Shown here: one piece after another, positions 19,346-26,383 of the stretch
Layout of the letters: each line of letters starts with the position of its first letter
Numbering within the stretch: position 1 is the stretch's first letter
IMG/VR virus record: IMGVR_UViG_3300020045_002403
Location: 1 to 28,223 of that record
Strand: one strand, 5' to 3'
Length of the DNA: 28,223 nt
DNA from: a virus
Taxonomy: Duplodnaviria > Caudoviricetes
The notes under the pieces: generated by a model
What the model was told of the DNA's origin: nothing
The model's input: the letters and a program-made list of their open reading frames with translations, nothing else
Databases searched by the model: none
Position numbers and translations under genes: made by a program

Positions 19346-19893
19346 TATTGCGTACACCCTTTACAGATAAACCAACTCTCAAACTTTTCAACATGACTAA
19401 ATCGAATCACGTTTTTGTAACGCTCAACCACCTCGTTAATCGAATGGAAATAACGAACGTGCGCAGGGTCGTTAAAGTCAGGTACGGTAAAGATAATTTC
19501 TTTGCCTAATCCTAAGTTTTTAATAATTTGATAGTCGTCTGTATGTTCAAATATTTCTAAGGCAACGAAAAAGTTATGATCTGTTCCGAATTTTGTTTTG
19601 GTTAAATCAGCAACCTCGAATTGATAATCTACCAACCCTTTCATGTTGCATTGGTTTATTGCCTCTTGGCTGAAGTCATAACCTGAATATTGTATTCCAC
19701 CCCTAGTGTCAGCAACAAGTTCTGCAAACTGCCCTGTGCCACAACCCAACTCTGTCATGTCTACGGCTAAAGGAATTAAATCCAACACCCTTAACCATTG
19801 ATAAATATAAACCGATTCTCTATAATTCTTTTTATACTCATCCGATTCTTTGTAGATGTTATCGTAGTATTCGGGTTCTCTGTTTATACTCAT
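19345..19893 (-). CDS. Class I SAM-dependent methyltransferase
   Basis: ELGCGTG, GYDFSQEAI, LEIFEH, IIFTVP. Confidence 0.9.
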   Translation of the reverse strand: MSINREPEYYDNIYKESDEYKKNYRESVYIYQWLRVLDLIPLAVDMTELGCGTGQFAELVADTRGGIQYSGYDFSQEAINQCNMKGLVDYQFEVADLTKTKFGTDHNFFVALEIFEHTDDYQIIKNLGLGKEIIFTVPDFNDPAHVRYFHSINEVVERYKNVIRFSHVEKFESWFICKGCTQ

Positions 19894-20405
19894 AATGTAA
19901 ATTCAAAAAGGAATAATTTAGGGGATAGTTCTACTTCTAAAGTTGGTTCACCAAGCACATCCGTTAAATCTTTGCGGTCTATTTGGTGGGTGTGATTTTC
20001 GTCCTTTGGAACTCCGATTGAAGTCAGTATAATAATGTTTTCTTTTGTTACGTGTTTTAATCCTTGTAATGATTTAGAAACATTCTTGACGTTATCCAAA
20101 GCAGACAACATGAATGCACTATCAAATTGCTTACCTTCAAAATTTAATAGTTCTTCTGCGCTTAACTTTTGTGTGGGTTCAACGATTGGAAACGGGTCAA
20201 TGCCAAAATAGTCGCCTGTATAATCTGAATCTTTTAAAACCGTGTGTAAATGTCTTTGTCCACAGTCAAGAACAAAATAACCAACATGAACCATTGAAAC
20301 AATCTTTTTGTATAGGTCTAAGTTAGGTGGTGAGGTTCTCTTCTCTCGCCACTTAGTTAGGTTGTTAGCTTTCTCTCGCCATTCTTTATCGGTTACTTTT
20401 TTCAT
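19890..20405 (-). CDS. Methyltransferase-like protein with shortened motif I
   Basis: VLDCG, YFGIDP, FDSAFMLSALDNV. Confidence 0.65.
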   Translation of the reverse strand: MKKVTDKEWREKANNLTKWREKRTSPPNLDLYKKIVSMVHVGYFVLDCGQRHLHTVLKDSDYTGDYFGIDPFPIVEPTQKLSAEELLNFEGKQFDSAFMLSALDNVKNVSKSLQGLKHVTKENIIILTSIGVPKDENHTHQIDRKDLTDVLGEPTLEVELSPKLFLFEFTL

Positions 20406-20641
20406 AATCCAAAATTAAACGTGTTGCGAATATCCCTAATATTTATTAAAACATCATTCTTTATGTCAGCAACAAATTTACACTGCTTAACGATGTTACC
20501 AGCATTTGTTGTTTCTATATGGGTGACCACTCCTTTTTTATCAATCTCGACCTCATATTCATTTTCAGCAACCATGTATATTTTACCCAACCTATTTACA
20601 CCAAATAGTTTTCTTGATATTATTTTTGGAGTAAATTTCAT
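20402..20641 (-). CDS. Hypothetical protein
   Basis: Likely start MKFTPKII at the ATGA overlap 20638-20641, not the TTG at 20701. Confidence 0.6.
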   Translation of the reverse strand: MKFTPKIISRKLFGVNRLGKIYMVAENEYEVEIDKKGVVTHIETTNAGNIVKQCKFVADIKNDVLINIRDIRNTFNFGL

Positions 20642-20769
20642 GCTATCAAAGATATTAAATAAATCCAAAAGGCAATTGTTAAAATACAAATACTTATCCA
20701 AAATATCTTGAAAGCAAATCCCGTCGGTGTTGGATTGGTTCTTTTAAATATTCTTTTTGGTAGTGTCAT
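20638..20769 (-). CDS. Small membrane protein (43 aa)
   Basis: MTLPKRIF...FWISICILTIAFWIYLISLIA; the ATG follows site S1 and an A-rich leader. Confidence 0.55.
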   Translation of the reverse strand: MTLPKRIFKRTNPTPTGFAFKIFWISICILTIAFWIYLISLIA

Positions 20770-20782
20770 CTCTTTTCTTTTT

Positions 20783-20848
20783 AACGGCTTATAACAGTCA
20801 CTATAAAGCCATTGAAACGGCTTATAGTTTGGTATTATACGCAAGCAC
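20783..20848 (+). repeat. attC-like hairpin site S1 (short core; putative resident site of array A)
   Basis: aacggcttaTAAC agtc actataaagccatt ga aacggcttatagt ttggt ATTAtacgcaagcac. Confidence 0.7.
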
Positions 20849-21230
20849 TACCATCCTGCTCCGTATTGACGATTTCACAATGGAGTAAGTCCAGAAATGG
20901 TTGTTCGCCAAAAATGACACCGTGTTCTATAAATTCTACAAAGTTTTCGGTATCAAAAACACGTTCACCGTTTAAACCAGTTCCATTGCAACTTGGGCAA
21001 TCAACATCACCAACTCCACCTTCACAGATGTATAAAAAACCATTGCATCTTGAACAAGTGTTTTCTTCACTTTCATCATCTTCATTAAACTTATCTTTCC
21101 AATTGCTACTATATCCATCCATTATAGCTTGTAGCATTGAACGTGTTTTTTGAATGAACTCGTCTTTAGTCATTTTTGGCGGTTGTGAATTTTCTTCCAT
21201 TGTGAAATCCGTATTAAATATATCTTCCAT
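20835..21230 (-). CDS. Cassette protein with DnaJ-type zinc-finger-like motifs
   Basis: CSRCNG and CPSCNGTG; its TAA stop lies inside site S1. Confidence 0.7.
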   Translation of the reverse strand: MEDIFNTDFTMEENSQPPKMTKDEFIQKTRSMLQAIMDGYSSNWKDKFNEDDESEENTCSRCNGFLYICEGGVGDVDCPSCNGTGLNGERVFDTENFVEFIEHGVIFGEQPFLDLLHCEIVNTEQDGSACV

Positions 21231-21337
21231 TTTTGTTGAGTTTTGTTGTTAATAATCCGTGCCAGCGTATAACAGCAGCTATACGCAATTTTCCCACCAC
21301 ACAAAGCCGACACACAACTGCGTATAGCTGCAAAACG
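20835..21337. mobile_element. Putative gene cassette 1 (503 bp)
   Basis: Left end ttatacgcaagcac is complementary to gtgccagcgtataa on the other side of the gene; carries one ORF plus the core of site S2. Confidence 0.65.
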
Positions 21338-21349
21338 TTATAAGCCATT
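21259..21349 (+). repeat. attC-like hairpin site S2 (long core)
   Basis: gtgccagcgtaTAAC a gcagctatacgca [loop] tgcgtatagctgc aaaac GTTAtaagccatt; perfect 13-bp stem. Confidence 0.8.
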
Positions 21350-21868
21350 CCCACAATAGATAATTTTACAATCCGTACCTATTCCAAGTTTAGGATAGTT
21401 GTCCTTAGGGTGCATTAAAAAGTCTATTGACATTTCGTACTTTGCATTCATCGCGTCATGCGCGACCCAATATCCGTTAACGTTTGGATGTTCCTTTGAA
21501 TAAATTTCTATTGTGTCGCCGTAATGAAACTCACCGCCCCAACGATGTAAAAGGTCACGGCTTAACGCAACCCATCTTTGAGGGTTGTTAGGGTCAATTA
21601 CAGAACCGTCTGCCGTTGTGAATGGATTAGAATCACATTGCGAAGTATCGCACCAATAAGTTGTAGCCCGTTGTAAATGTATCGTATCACTTTCAACTAT
21701 TATAGGTCTAAAAATTGTCAATTGATTTACGGTAGGTAAGGGTTGAGGCTTATTATAATTCTTTAAAAACAAATGCGTGCAAAGTAATAACAATATGATT
21801 GCCATAAGGATTGCGAAGTGAGGTTTGAAATCATTTTCAACCTCTGTGTTATGTTCGTATTCTATCAT
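21338..21868 (-). CDS. Membrane-anchored 3D-domain (three-Asp) putative cell-wall hydrolase
   Basis: N-terminal TM; ATTY, TADG, VALSRDLL, YGDTIEI, HDAM, IDFL. Confidence 0.75.
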   Translation of the reverse strand: MIEYEHNTEVENDFKPHFAILMAIILLLLCTHLFLKNYNKPQPLPTVNQLTIFRPIIVESDTIHLQRATTYWCDTSQCDSNPFTTADGSVIDPNNPQRWVALSRDLLHRWGGEFHYGDTIEIYSKEHPNVNGYWVAHDAMNAKYEMSIDFLMHPKDNYPKLGIGTDCKIIYCGNGL

Positions 21869-21894
21869 TCTATTTAGTTTTAGTTTATTCTAAA

Positions 21895-22404
21895 TTAATC
21901 AATTCCATTATTACGTGTTCTATTTTCTCTCAATTGCCCATTCAATCTTTCAACCTCTGATTTCAATTCAGAAATTTGTTTTTCTAAATCGGGTACAACA
22001 ACCTCTAATTGCCAATCACGTTCACGCATTACAACTTTTGTGAATTCATCTAAGATCGGCAACTCACTAACAATCTTCTCAGGTTGTTCCTCTTTTGGTT
22101 GTGAGAATTGGTTGGCGTACTCGTGCATTGATTTAATTAACGCTTTTACTACATTTGGATTTCTTACTGTTGCTGTTCCAAACGGTGAAACTATAATTAG
22201 ATTTTCGTCTAATATTTCCTCAGCCGTCTTAACTGCTTTTAATTCAGGTTGGGATAACTCAGGACATAGAATAAGTGCTAATTGTTTTAGATTCTCAATT
22301 TCAACCTGAACAACATCTCCGTTCTGCCAAATCTCAACAATATCTTTTTCGATATGTTGGATGTCAATTAATAGGTAATGTTCTTGTTGTATTTCTGCCT
22401 TCAT
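21895..22404 (-). CDS. Hypothetical protein with C-terminal coiled coil
   Basis: 169-aa ATG ORF. Confidence 0.65.
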   Translation of the reverse strand: MKAEIQQEHYLLIDIQHIEKDIVEIWQNGDVVQVEIENLKQLALILCPELSQPELKAVKTAEEILDENLIIVSPFGTATVRNPNVVKALIKSMHEYANQFSQPKEEQPEKIVSELPILDEFTKVVMRERDWQLEVVVPDLEKQISELKSEVERLNGQLRENRTRNNGID

Positions 22405-22426
22405 ATTTCTAATTTAATTACTGTTC

Positions 22427-22684
22427 CTACAATCTTGATTGAAGTTCTTTTAAAATGTTTTGATGATACTCTAATCTACCTGCAAAAATATCTGAGGCAT
22501 TACAAGCCGTTGATTTTATTTTTAGATATTCCAATTCATCCACCACTCTCTGCTGTGAGAGGGTGGAAAGGTTGATTATTTTGTGTTGCCAGAAAGGTTC
22601 ATGTTTGAGAGAATCTTTATTTATTCCAATTGATTCTCTAACTGATTCAATTATTTTGTCGGCTTCTTCTTTATAGTCGGTCAT
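22427..22684 (-). CDS. Hypothetical protein
   Basis: 85-aa ATG ORF. Confidence 0.6.
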   Translation of the reverse strand: MTDYKEEADKIIESVRESIGINKDSLKHEPFWQHKIINLSTLSQQRVVDELEYLKIKSTACNASDIFAGRLEYHQNILKELQSRL

Positions 22685-22827
22685 AGGTTAGATTTTAATT
22701 GATTTAAAATAGTTCTGCAATTGAAGTATTGGTCAGCATGAAATTCAAAACCAAGTTCGTTATTACCATAAATAATACGCAACATTTTAACGTATTGCAA
22801 TGATATTCTTTTTAGCTTCTTTGCCAT
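22681..22827 (-). CDS. Hypothetical protein (48 aa, below ORF-track cutoff)
   Basis: MAKKLKRISLQYVKMLRIIYGNNELGFEFHADQYFNCRTILNQLKSNL; ATGA-coupled. Confidence 0.55.
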   Translation of the reverse strand: MAKKLKRISLQYVKMLRIIYGNNELGFEFHADQYFNCRTILNQLKSNL

Positions 22828-22858
22828 ACTCTCTGCTTATTTGGTTTTAGGGGGGTTA

Positions 22859-23119
22859 CTAATCATACCATCGAATAACTTTTGAGTCTTGAATAACTCT
22901 GTATTTACCATTCTCAGGACATACGTGTTTTTTTGTACGCATTTCCTTACGTTCAGTGACCCTAAAAGATTTATTCATAGTCTTAACAACCATATTAATA
23001 TCTTCTTTTGATGCTGACGGGTTAAACAACCATTTAGCTTCATGCGAAGCAAATCCCCACAAACCTTCACCCGTTATTAAGACAACTTTGTTTCCAAATA
23101 TTTTATCTAACACTTTCAT
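22859..23119 (-). CDS. Hypothetical protein
   Basis: 86-aa ORF, ATGA-coupled. Confidence 0.6.
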   Translation of the reverse strand: MKVLDKIFGNKVVLITGEGLWGFASHEAKWLFNPSASKEDINMVVKTMNKSFRVTERKEMRTKKHVCPENGKYRVIQDSKVIRWYD

Positions 23120-23580
23120 CTCTTACTTTTTATATCGGTTAGTTGTATATCAATTAGCATTTGTTTTAATTCTAAATAATTATCACTGCCTTTAAGCCAC
23201 AAGTTTTTTAAAAGAATTTCCTCCGCTTTCCTTTCTGCCTCATTTTTATTTTTATCGACGGATTTAATAAATGCTTCAAATAATTCTATCAACTCCTCAG
23301 AAGTTTGATAAACACAATGAACATCAGACCAATATTTACCAACGTGTTTGGGGTGTGTTGCATCACGTCTAACCCATCTGTTATCACTAAACCATTCAAG
23401 GAACTCAACCAAATCAACCGCTTTCCTTTCTACAATTTTCTCAGGTGTTTCGGTAGGGAGCATTGAGCGAAGTTTTTTATCAATTCTTAAATGAGTTTCA
23501 ACCATTATTGAATCTTTATCATTCCACTCAATCAACTCGTTAATCAACTCTGTTCTTATTTGTTCCTTTGTTTCTAACAT
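23116..23580 (-). CDS. Hypothetical protein
   Basis: 154-aa ORF overlapping its neighbours. Confidence 0.65.
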   Translation of the reverse strand: MLETKEQIRTELINELIEWNDKDSIMVETHLRIDKKLRSMLPTETPEKIVERKAVDLVEFLEWFSDNRWVRRDATHPKHVGKYWSDVHCVYQTSEELIELFEAFIKSVDKNKNEAERKAEEILLKNLWLKGSDNYLELKQMLIDIQLTDIKSKR

Positions 23581-23837
23581 AATTTACGTTTTTTCATTTC
23601 GTGTTTAAACCTTCTATTCAAATCTGAATCAGTGGTTTTATTTGCCTTTAAATTTAATTTTCCGATTATGTGACCCTTGTAAATAAAAGGGGTCTTGTAG
23701 CGTGAAGCCTTCTGTTGAATCACAAATCTTTTTTGTTCATCAAAATATTGCAGACAGAACGATAAGTAAGTCGTGAATGTCTCAACCCTACCGTCAGGAA
23801 ATATTACTCCTATGCTATGCTTCTTTTGTTCTCCCAT
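23574..23837 (-). CDS. Hypothetical protein
   Basis: 87-aa ORF, TAATG-coupled to recT. Confidence 0.6.
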   Translation of the reverse strand: MGEQKKHSIGVIFPDGRVETFTTYLSFCLQYFDEQKRFVIQQKASRYKTPFIYKGHIIGKLNLKANKTTDSDLNRRFKHEMKKRKLC

Positions 23838-24739
23838 TAGATTTCACTTTTTAATTTGTCAGAGATTTCCTTTTGTCCGTAGTTACGACCTGCCGAAATT
23901 GCCTCAACTTGGTTTTCTTTTAAGTATTGAATTAGTTCTGTTGCCCTGTCACTTGACAAAGATTCTAATTGAGAATAATAGATTCTGCTTTCTTCAGGTT
24001 CGATACACGCATTCATTAAAAGACTTTCTAAATAGTCAATCTGTTCGCTTGACGCTTTGTAATCTTCATTGTCTAAATCAATTGCAGTTCCTAATTTATC
24101 CCACATTTCGGTTTTAGGTAACGACTTAACCAAACGCTTTACAACTGTCTTGCGTGCCATTTCTCCGTAGTGGTCAGACCAAATACAAGACTTTGATTTA
24201 CCAGCCTTAAATGATTTGTAAGATTCTGAAACGTCACGAATATCATTTACTTGTGAGGCTGTCATTACTTCAATCATTTTCGAGCCGTCAGATAATGTTG
24301 CGACTGCGTAAACGTGTGTAAATGTTTCAGACTTGAATTGTGGTTTGTGTTTAATGCTTGTTTCAGTTCCTAAGTTTACTTCAAACTCATCGCCTTCGTA
24401 AACGACTTGACTTGATACTGAACGGGCACTACCCGTATCTGTAACCAATTTAACCAGCCCTTGATAGGAAGGTTCTAAAAAGCATTCTACCTTACCGTTT
24501 GAAAATCTTGGTACTAAGTATGCCAACTTCAAAACAGGATTCAAAGTTAATCCAACCTGCGCAACGTTCATTACCGCTTGTAATTTACTTTCAGTTGTTG
24601 ACCCGTTCAAATAAGAGTTTTTACCAAAGTGTTGCAGGGCAAATGAACATTCTTTTGTAAATGTATCTGCGTTTGTCAACGCTACAAACCTATCTTCAAT
24701 AAGTTTGAATTGGTCTTTTAATGTTAGTTCGTTGCTCAT
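23837..24739 (-). CDS. recT: RecT-family single-strand annealing recombinase
   Basis: GLTLNP..AYLVPR, SYQGL..L, VYEGDEF, W..HYGEMARKTVVKR..K.LP. Confidence 0.9.
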   Translation of the reverse strand: MSNELTLKDQFKLIEDRFVALTNADTFTKECSFALQHFGKNSYLNGSTTESKLQAVMNVAQVGLTLNPVLKLAYLVPRFSNGKVECFLEPSYQGLVKLVTDTGSARSVSSQVVYEGDEFEVNLGTETSIKHKPQFKSETFTHVYAVATLSDGSKMIEVMTASQVNDIRDVSESYKSFKAGKSKSCIWSDHYGEMARKTVVKRLVKSLPKTEMWDKLGTAIDLDNEDYKASSEQIDYLESLLMNACIEPEESRIYYSQLESLSSDRATELIQYLKENQVEAISAGRNYGQKEISDKLKSEI

Positions 24740-24741
24740 AA

Positions 24742-25038
24742 TTAAAATGGTAAATCCGTATCGTTTGCTACTTTGTCTACTGACTCAGATTTTGTGGCTG
24801 TGGTAATTTTGCCGTCATTCCAAAACACTTTACCGTTACCAACAAAAAACCGTTCTACTTTTGCCTCACGTTGTTCTTTTGTTTGACTCACATAACCCGA
24901 AACATTTTGACCGTATTGGTTAGATTCGTCTTGAATCGAAATAGTCAAAGAAATTCCTTTCTCTTTTTTTGCTGTGATTGTTTTTAGAAGCGTTTCCAAC
25001 GTTTCTTTTTTAATGTAAAATTCTGTTAATGCGCTCAT
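24742..25038 (-). CDS. Putative single-stranded DNA-binding protein
   Basis: NQYGQNV, SQTKEQREAK, VGNGKVFW and an acidic DTDLPF tail; adjacent to recT. Confidence 0.6.
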   Translation of the reverse strand: MSALTEFYIKKETLETLLKTITAKKEKGISLTISIQDESNQYGQNVSGYVSQTKEQREAKVERFFVGNGKVFWNDGKITTATKSESVDKVANDTDLPF

Positions 25039-25041
25039 AAT

Positions 25042-25200
25042 TTATGGTTGTGTTTGTTTGTGTTTCGGTTCTAAGCAGTTAATCATTGAAGTCATCCAAT
25101 CAATTCTTTGCTTCTCTTTTTGTTCGGCAGTTAGTACATCCCAACTGTTATTCTTTGCTATTTCCTCTAACTGTTCTAACTCTTTTCTAACGTCTTTCAT
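25042..25200 (-). CDS. Hypothetical protein (52 aa, below ORF-track cutoff)
   Basis: MKDVRKELEQLEEIAKNNSWDVLTAEQKEKQRIDWMTSMINCLEPKHKQTQP. Confidence 0.6.
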   Translation of the reverse strand: MKDVRKELEQLEEIAKNNSWDVLTAEQKEKQRIDWMTSMINCLEPKHKQTQP

Positions 25201-25204
25201 GATG

Positions 25205-25233
25205 CTAAGTTAATACATTATTTTAATATACAA
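25205..25233 (-). promoter_or_regulatory. Candidate Bacteroidota housekeeping-type promoter
   Basis: TTG-N18-TAACTTAG (one mismatch to TAnnTTTG) with an AT-rich upstream tract, 4 nt before the ATG at 25200. Confidence 0.5.
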
Positions 25234-25267
25234 CAATTTTATTTTAATTATTTTTTAATTTAATTTT

Positions 25268-25346
25268 ACGACTGCGAATAACATTCAATATAAGCAATCG
25301 AAAATGACTGCTTATATTTCGGAGTTATACGCAAATTTTAAACACC
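25268..25346 (+). repeat. attC-like hairpin site S3 (short core; putative resident site of array B)
   Basis: acgactgcgaaTAAC attc aatataagcaatcg aaaa tgactgcttatatt tcgga GTTAtacgcaaattttaaacacc. Confidence 0.75.
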
Positions 25347-25900
25347 GCCAACGCACACCTGTTTCGCTTTATCAGGATTAGAAGCAAAGTATGGTTGCCC
25401 CCATTCCCTTCCTAATTTATCAATGCACATAAAACGATACCACGCTTTATTTAGCGGTCTGATATTGTAATCATCAATCAATCTTCCTACATAGCTTGGA
25501 TGCACATTTTCGTCATCAATAGTTTGTTGAAGCCATTTGTGGTCAATGTGCTTTTGTGCTAACTTTAGAAGATTGATTTGAACCTTACGCAAAATCGTTT
25601 TATCGTGCTGAACAAATCCTTCTCCATTTGAAAATCGGCAACCATCATCTTTCGGTAATGGGGGCAACTCAGCCATTATGTTATCCACTTTTTTAATTAA
25701 GTTTTCGTAGTCCAAACATTCATTTTCGTTGTCGAACTCTGTGCCGTCAATGGCTTCATACTTTGCAATCTTTTTCATCTTATTTTTGTTTTTAGTTAAT
25801 AATTCCTTCGCTCAAAAGGTGTTTAAAATCAGCGTATAACAGCACCTTAGCGCAATTCCCCTCCCACAAGCCAACGCAAACTGCGCCAAGCTGCAAAACG
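25325..25900. mobile_element. Putative gene cassette 2 (576 bp)
   Basis: Arms 25324-25346 and 25818-25840 are complementary at 21 of 23 positions. Confidence 0.7.
25338..25778 (-). CDS. Hypothetical cassette protein
   Basis: 146 aa; stop codon lies inside the cassette terminal arm. Confidence 0.7.
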   Translation of the reverse strand: MKKIAKYEAIDGTEFDNENECLDYENLIKKVDNIMAELPPLPKDDGCRFSNGEGFVQHDKTILRKVQINLLKLAQKHIDHKWLQQTIDDENVHPSYVGRLIDDYNIRPLNKAWYRFMCIDKLGREWGQPYFASNPDKAKQVCVGGV

Positions 25901-25915
25901 TTAGCTTCAATTGCC
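25818..25915 (+). repeat. attC-like hairpin site S4 (long core)
   Basis: ggtgtttaaaatcagcgtaTAAC a gcaccttagcgca [loop] tgcgccaagctgc aaaac GTTAgcttcaattgcc. Confidence 0.8.
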
Positions 25916-26368
25916 TCCAACCGCACAGTTTCTCGTTTCTAAAATTTCTCCAAGTTTAAAAACAAAATAGGTTTCGTGTGGTTCTGCCCCCCAATGTGTT
26001 TTGCCTTTAGCTATTTTCACACCTTTAAACTCTATTACAAATTGTGGTTTATCACTACCATATCCATTTGTAAATGTGATAGTCTTAAATTGTAGCTTAT
26101 CCCAATTTAAAGAGTGTTCAAAAATTTCAATCTCAAATGACTGCCAATTTCTAAGGCAAAACCTATTACACCAATAGTCTTTTAACTCTCGGTATTCTTC
26201 TTTTTTATAGCCTGATAGTATCATATCAAACCATTTCTTTTTTAGTGTTAAGTGTATTGTTTCCATATTTTAATTTTCGTTAATAAATCCCACACAAGGC
26301 AACTAAAGCTAACAGCACCTAAATCGCAAATTTTATGAAGAACAAAATCAGCGTTTAGCTGCAAAACG
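25901..26368. mobile_element. Putative gene cassette 3 (468 bp)
   Basis: Arms 25900-25915 and 26298-26313 are complementary at 14 of 16 positions; both mismatches are G:T on the minus strand. Confidence 0.7.
25907..26266 (-). CDS. ASCH (PUA-like) domain protein, cassette-borne
   Basis: LTLKKKWFDMILSGYKKEEYRE, ITFTNGY, WGA. Confidence 0.8.
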   Translation of the reverse strand: METIHLTLKKKWFDMILSGYKKEEYRELKDYWCNRFCLRNWQSFEIEIFEHSLNWDKLQFKTITFTNGYGSDKPQFVIEFKGVKIAKGKTHWGAEPHETYFVFKLGEILETRNCAVGGN

Positions 26369-26383
26369 TTATATCGCAATCGT
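26298..26383 (+). repeat. attC-like hairpin site S5 (long core)
   Basis: ggcaactaaagcTAAC a gcacctaaatcgc [loop] gcgtttagctgc aaaac GTTAtatcgcaatcgt. Confidence 0.8.

Noticed and set aside
20638-20844. 68-aa ORF running through site S1
   Set aside because: The N-terminal extension only translates the hairpin; the ATG at 20769 is the better start.
3650-24117. Plus-strand ORFs (for example 3650..4090, 4927..5220, 5695..5976, 20812..21153, 23773..24117)
   Set aside because: All are antisense to well-supported minus-strand genes, with S/F/L/A-rich shadow composition.
25324-26313. Cassettes as IS/MITE elements with terminal inverted repeats
   Set aside because: No transposase and no target-site duplications; the arms differ between units while the TAAC/GTTA cores and hairpins are shared.
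20783-26383. The repeated hairpins as a CRISPR array
   Set aside because: Repeats are non-identical, 65-100 bp long and separated by whole genes; no cas genes are present.
21259-26383. The same hairpins as simple intrinsic terminators
   Set aside because: No U-tract follows the stems on the coding strand, and terminators would not explain the cross-gene arm complementarity. A secondary regulatory role is not excluded.
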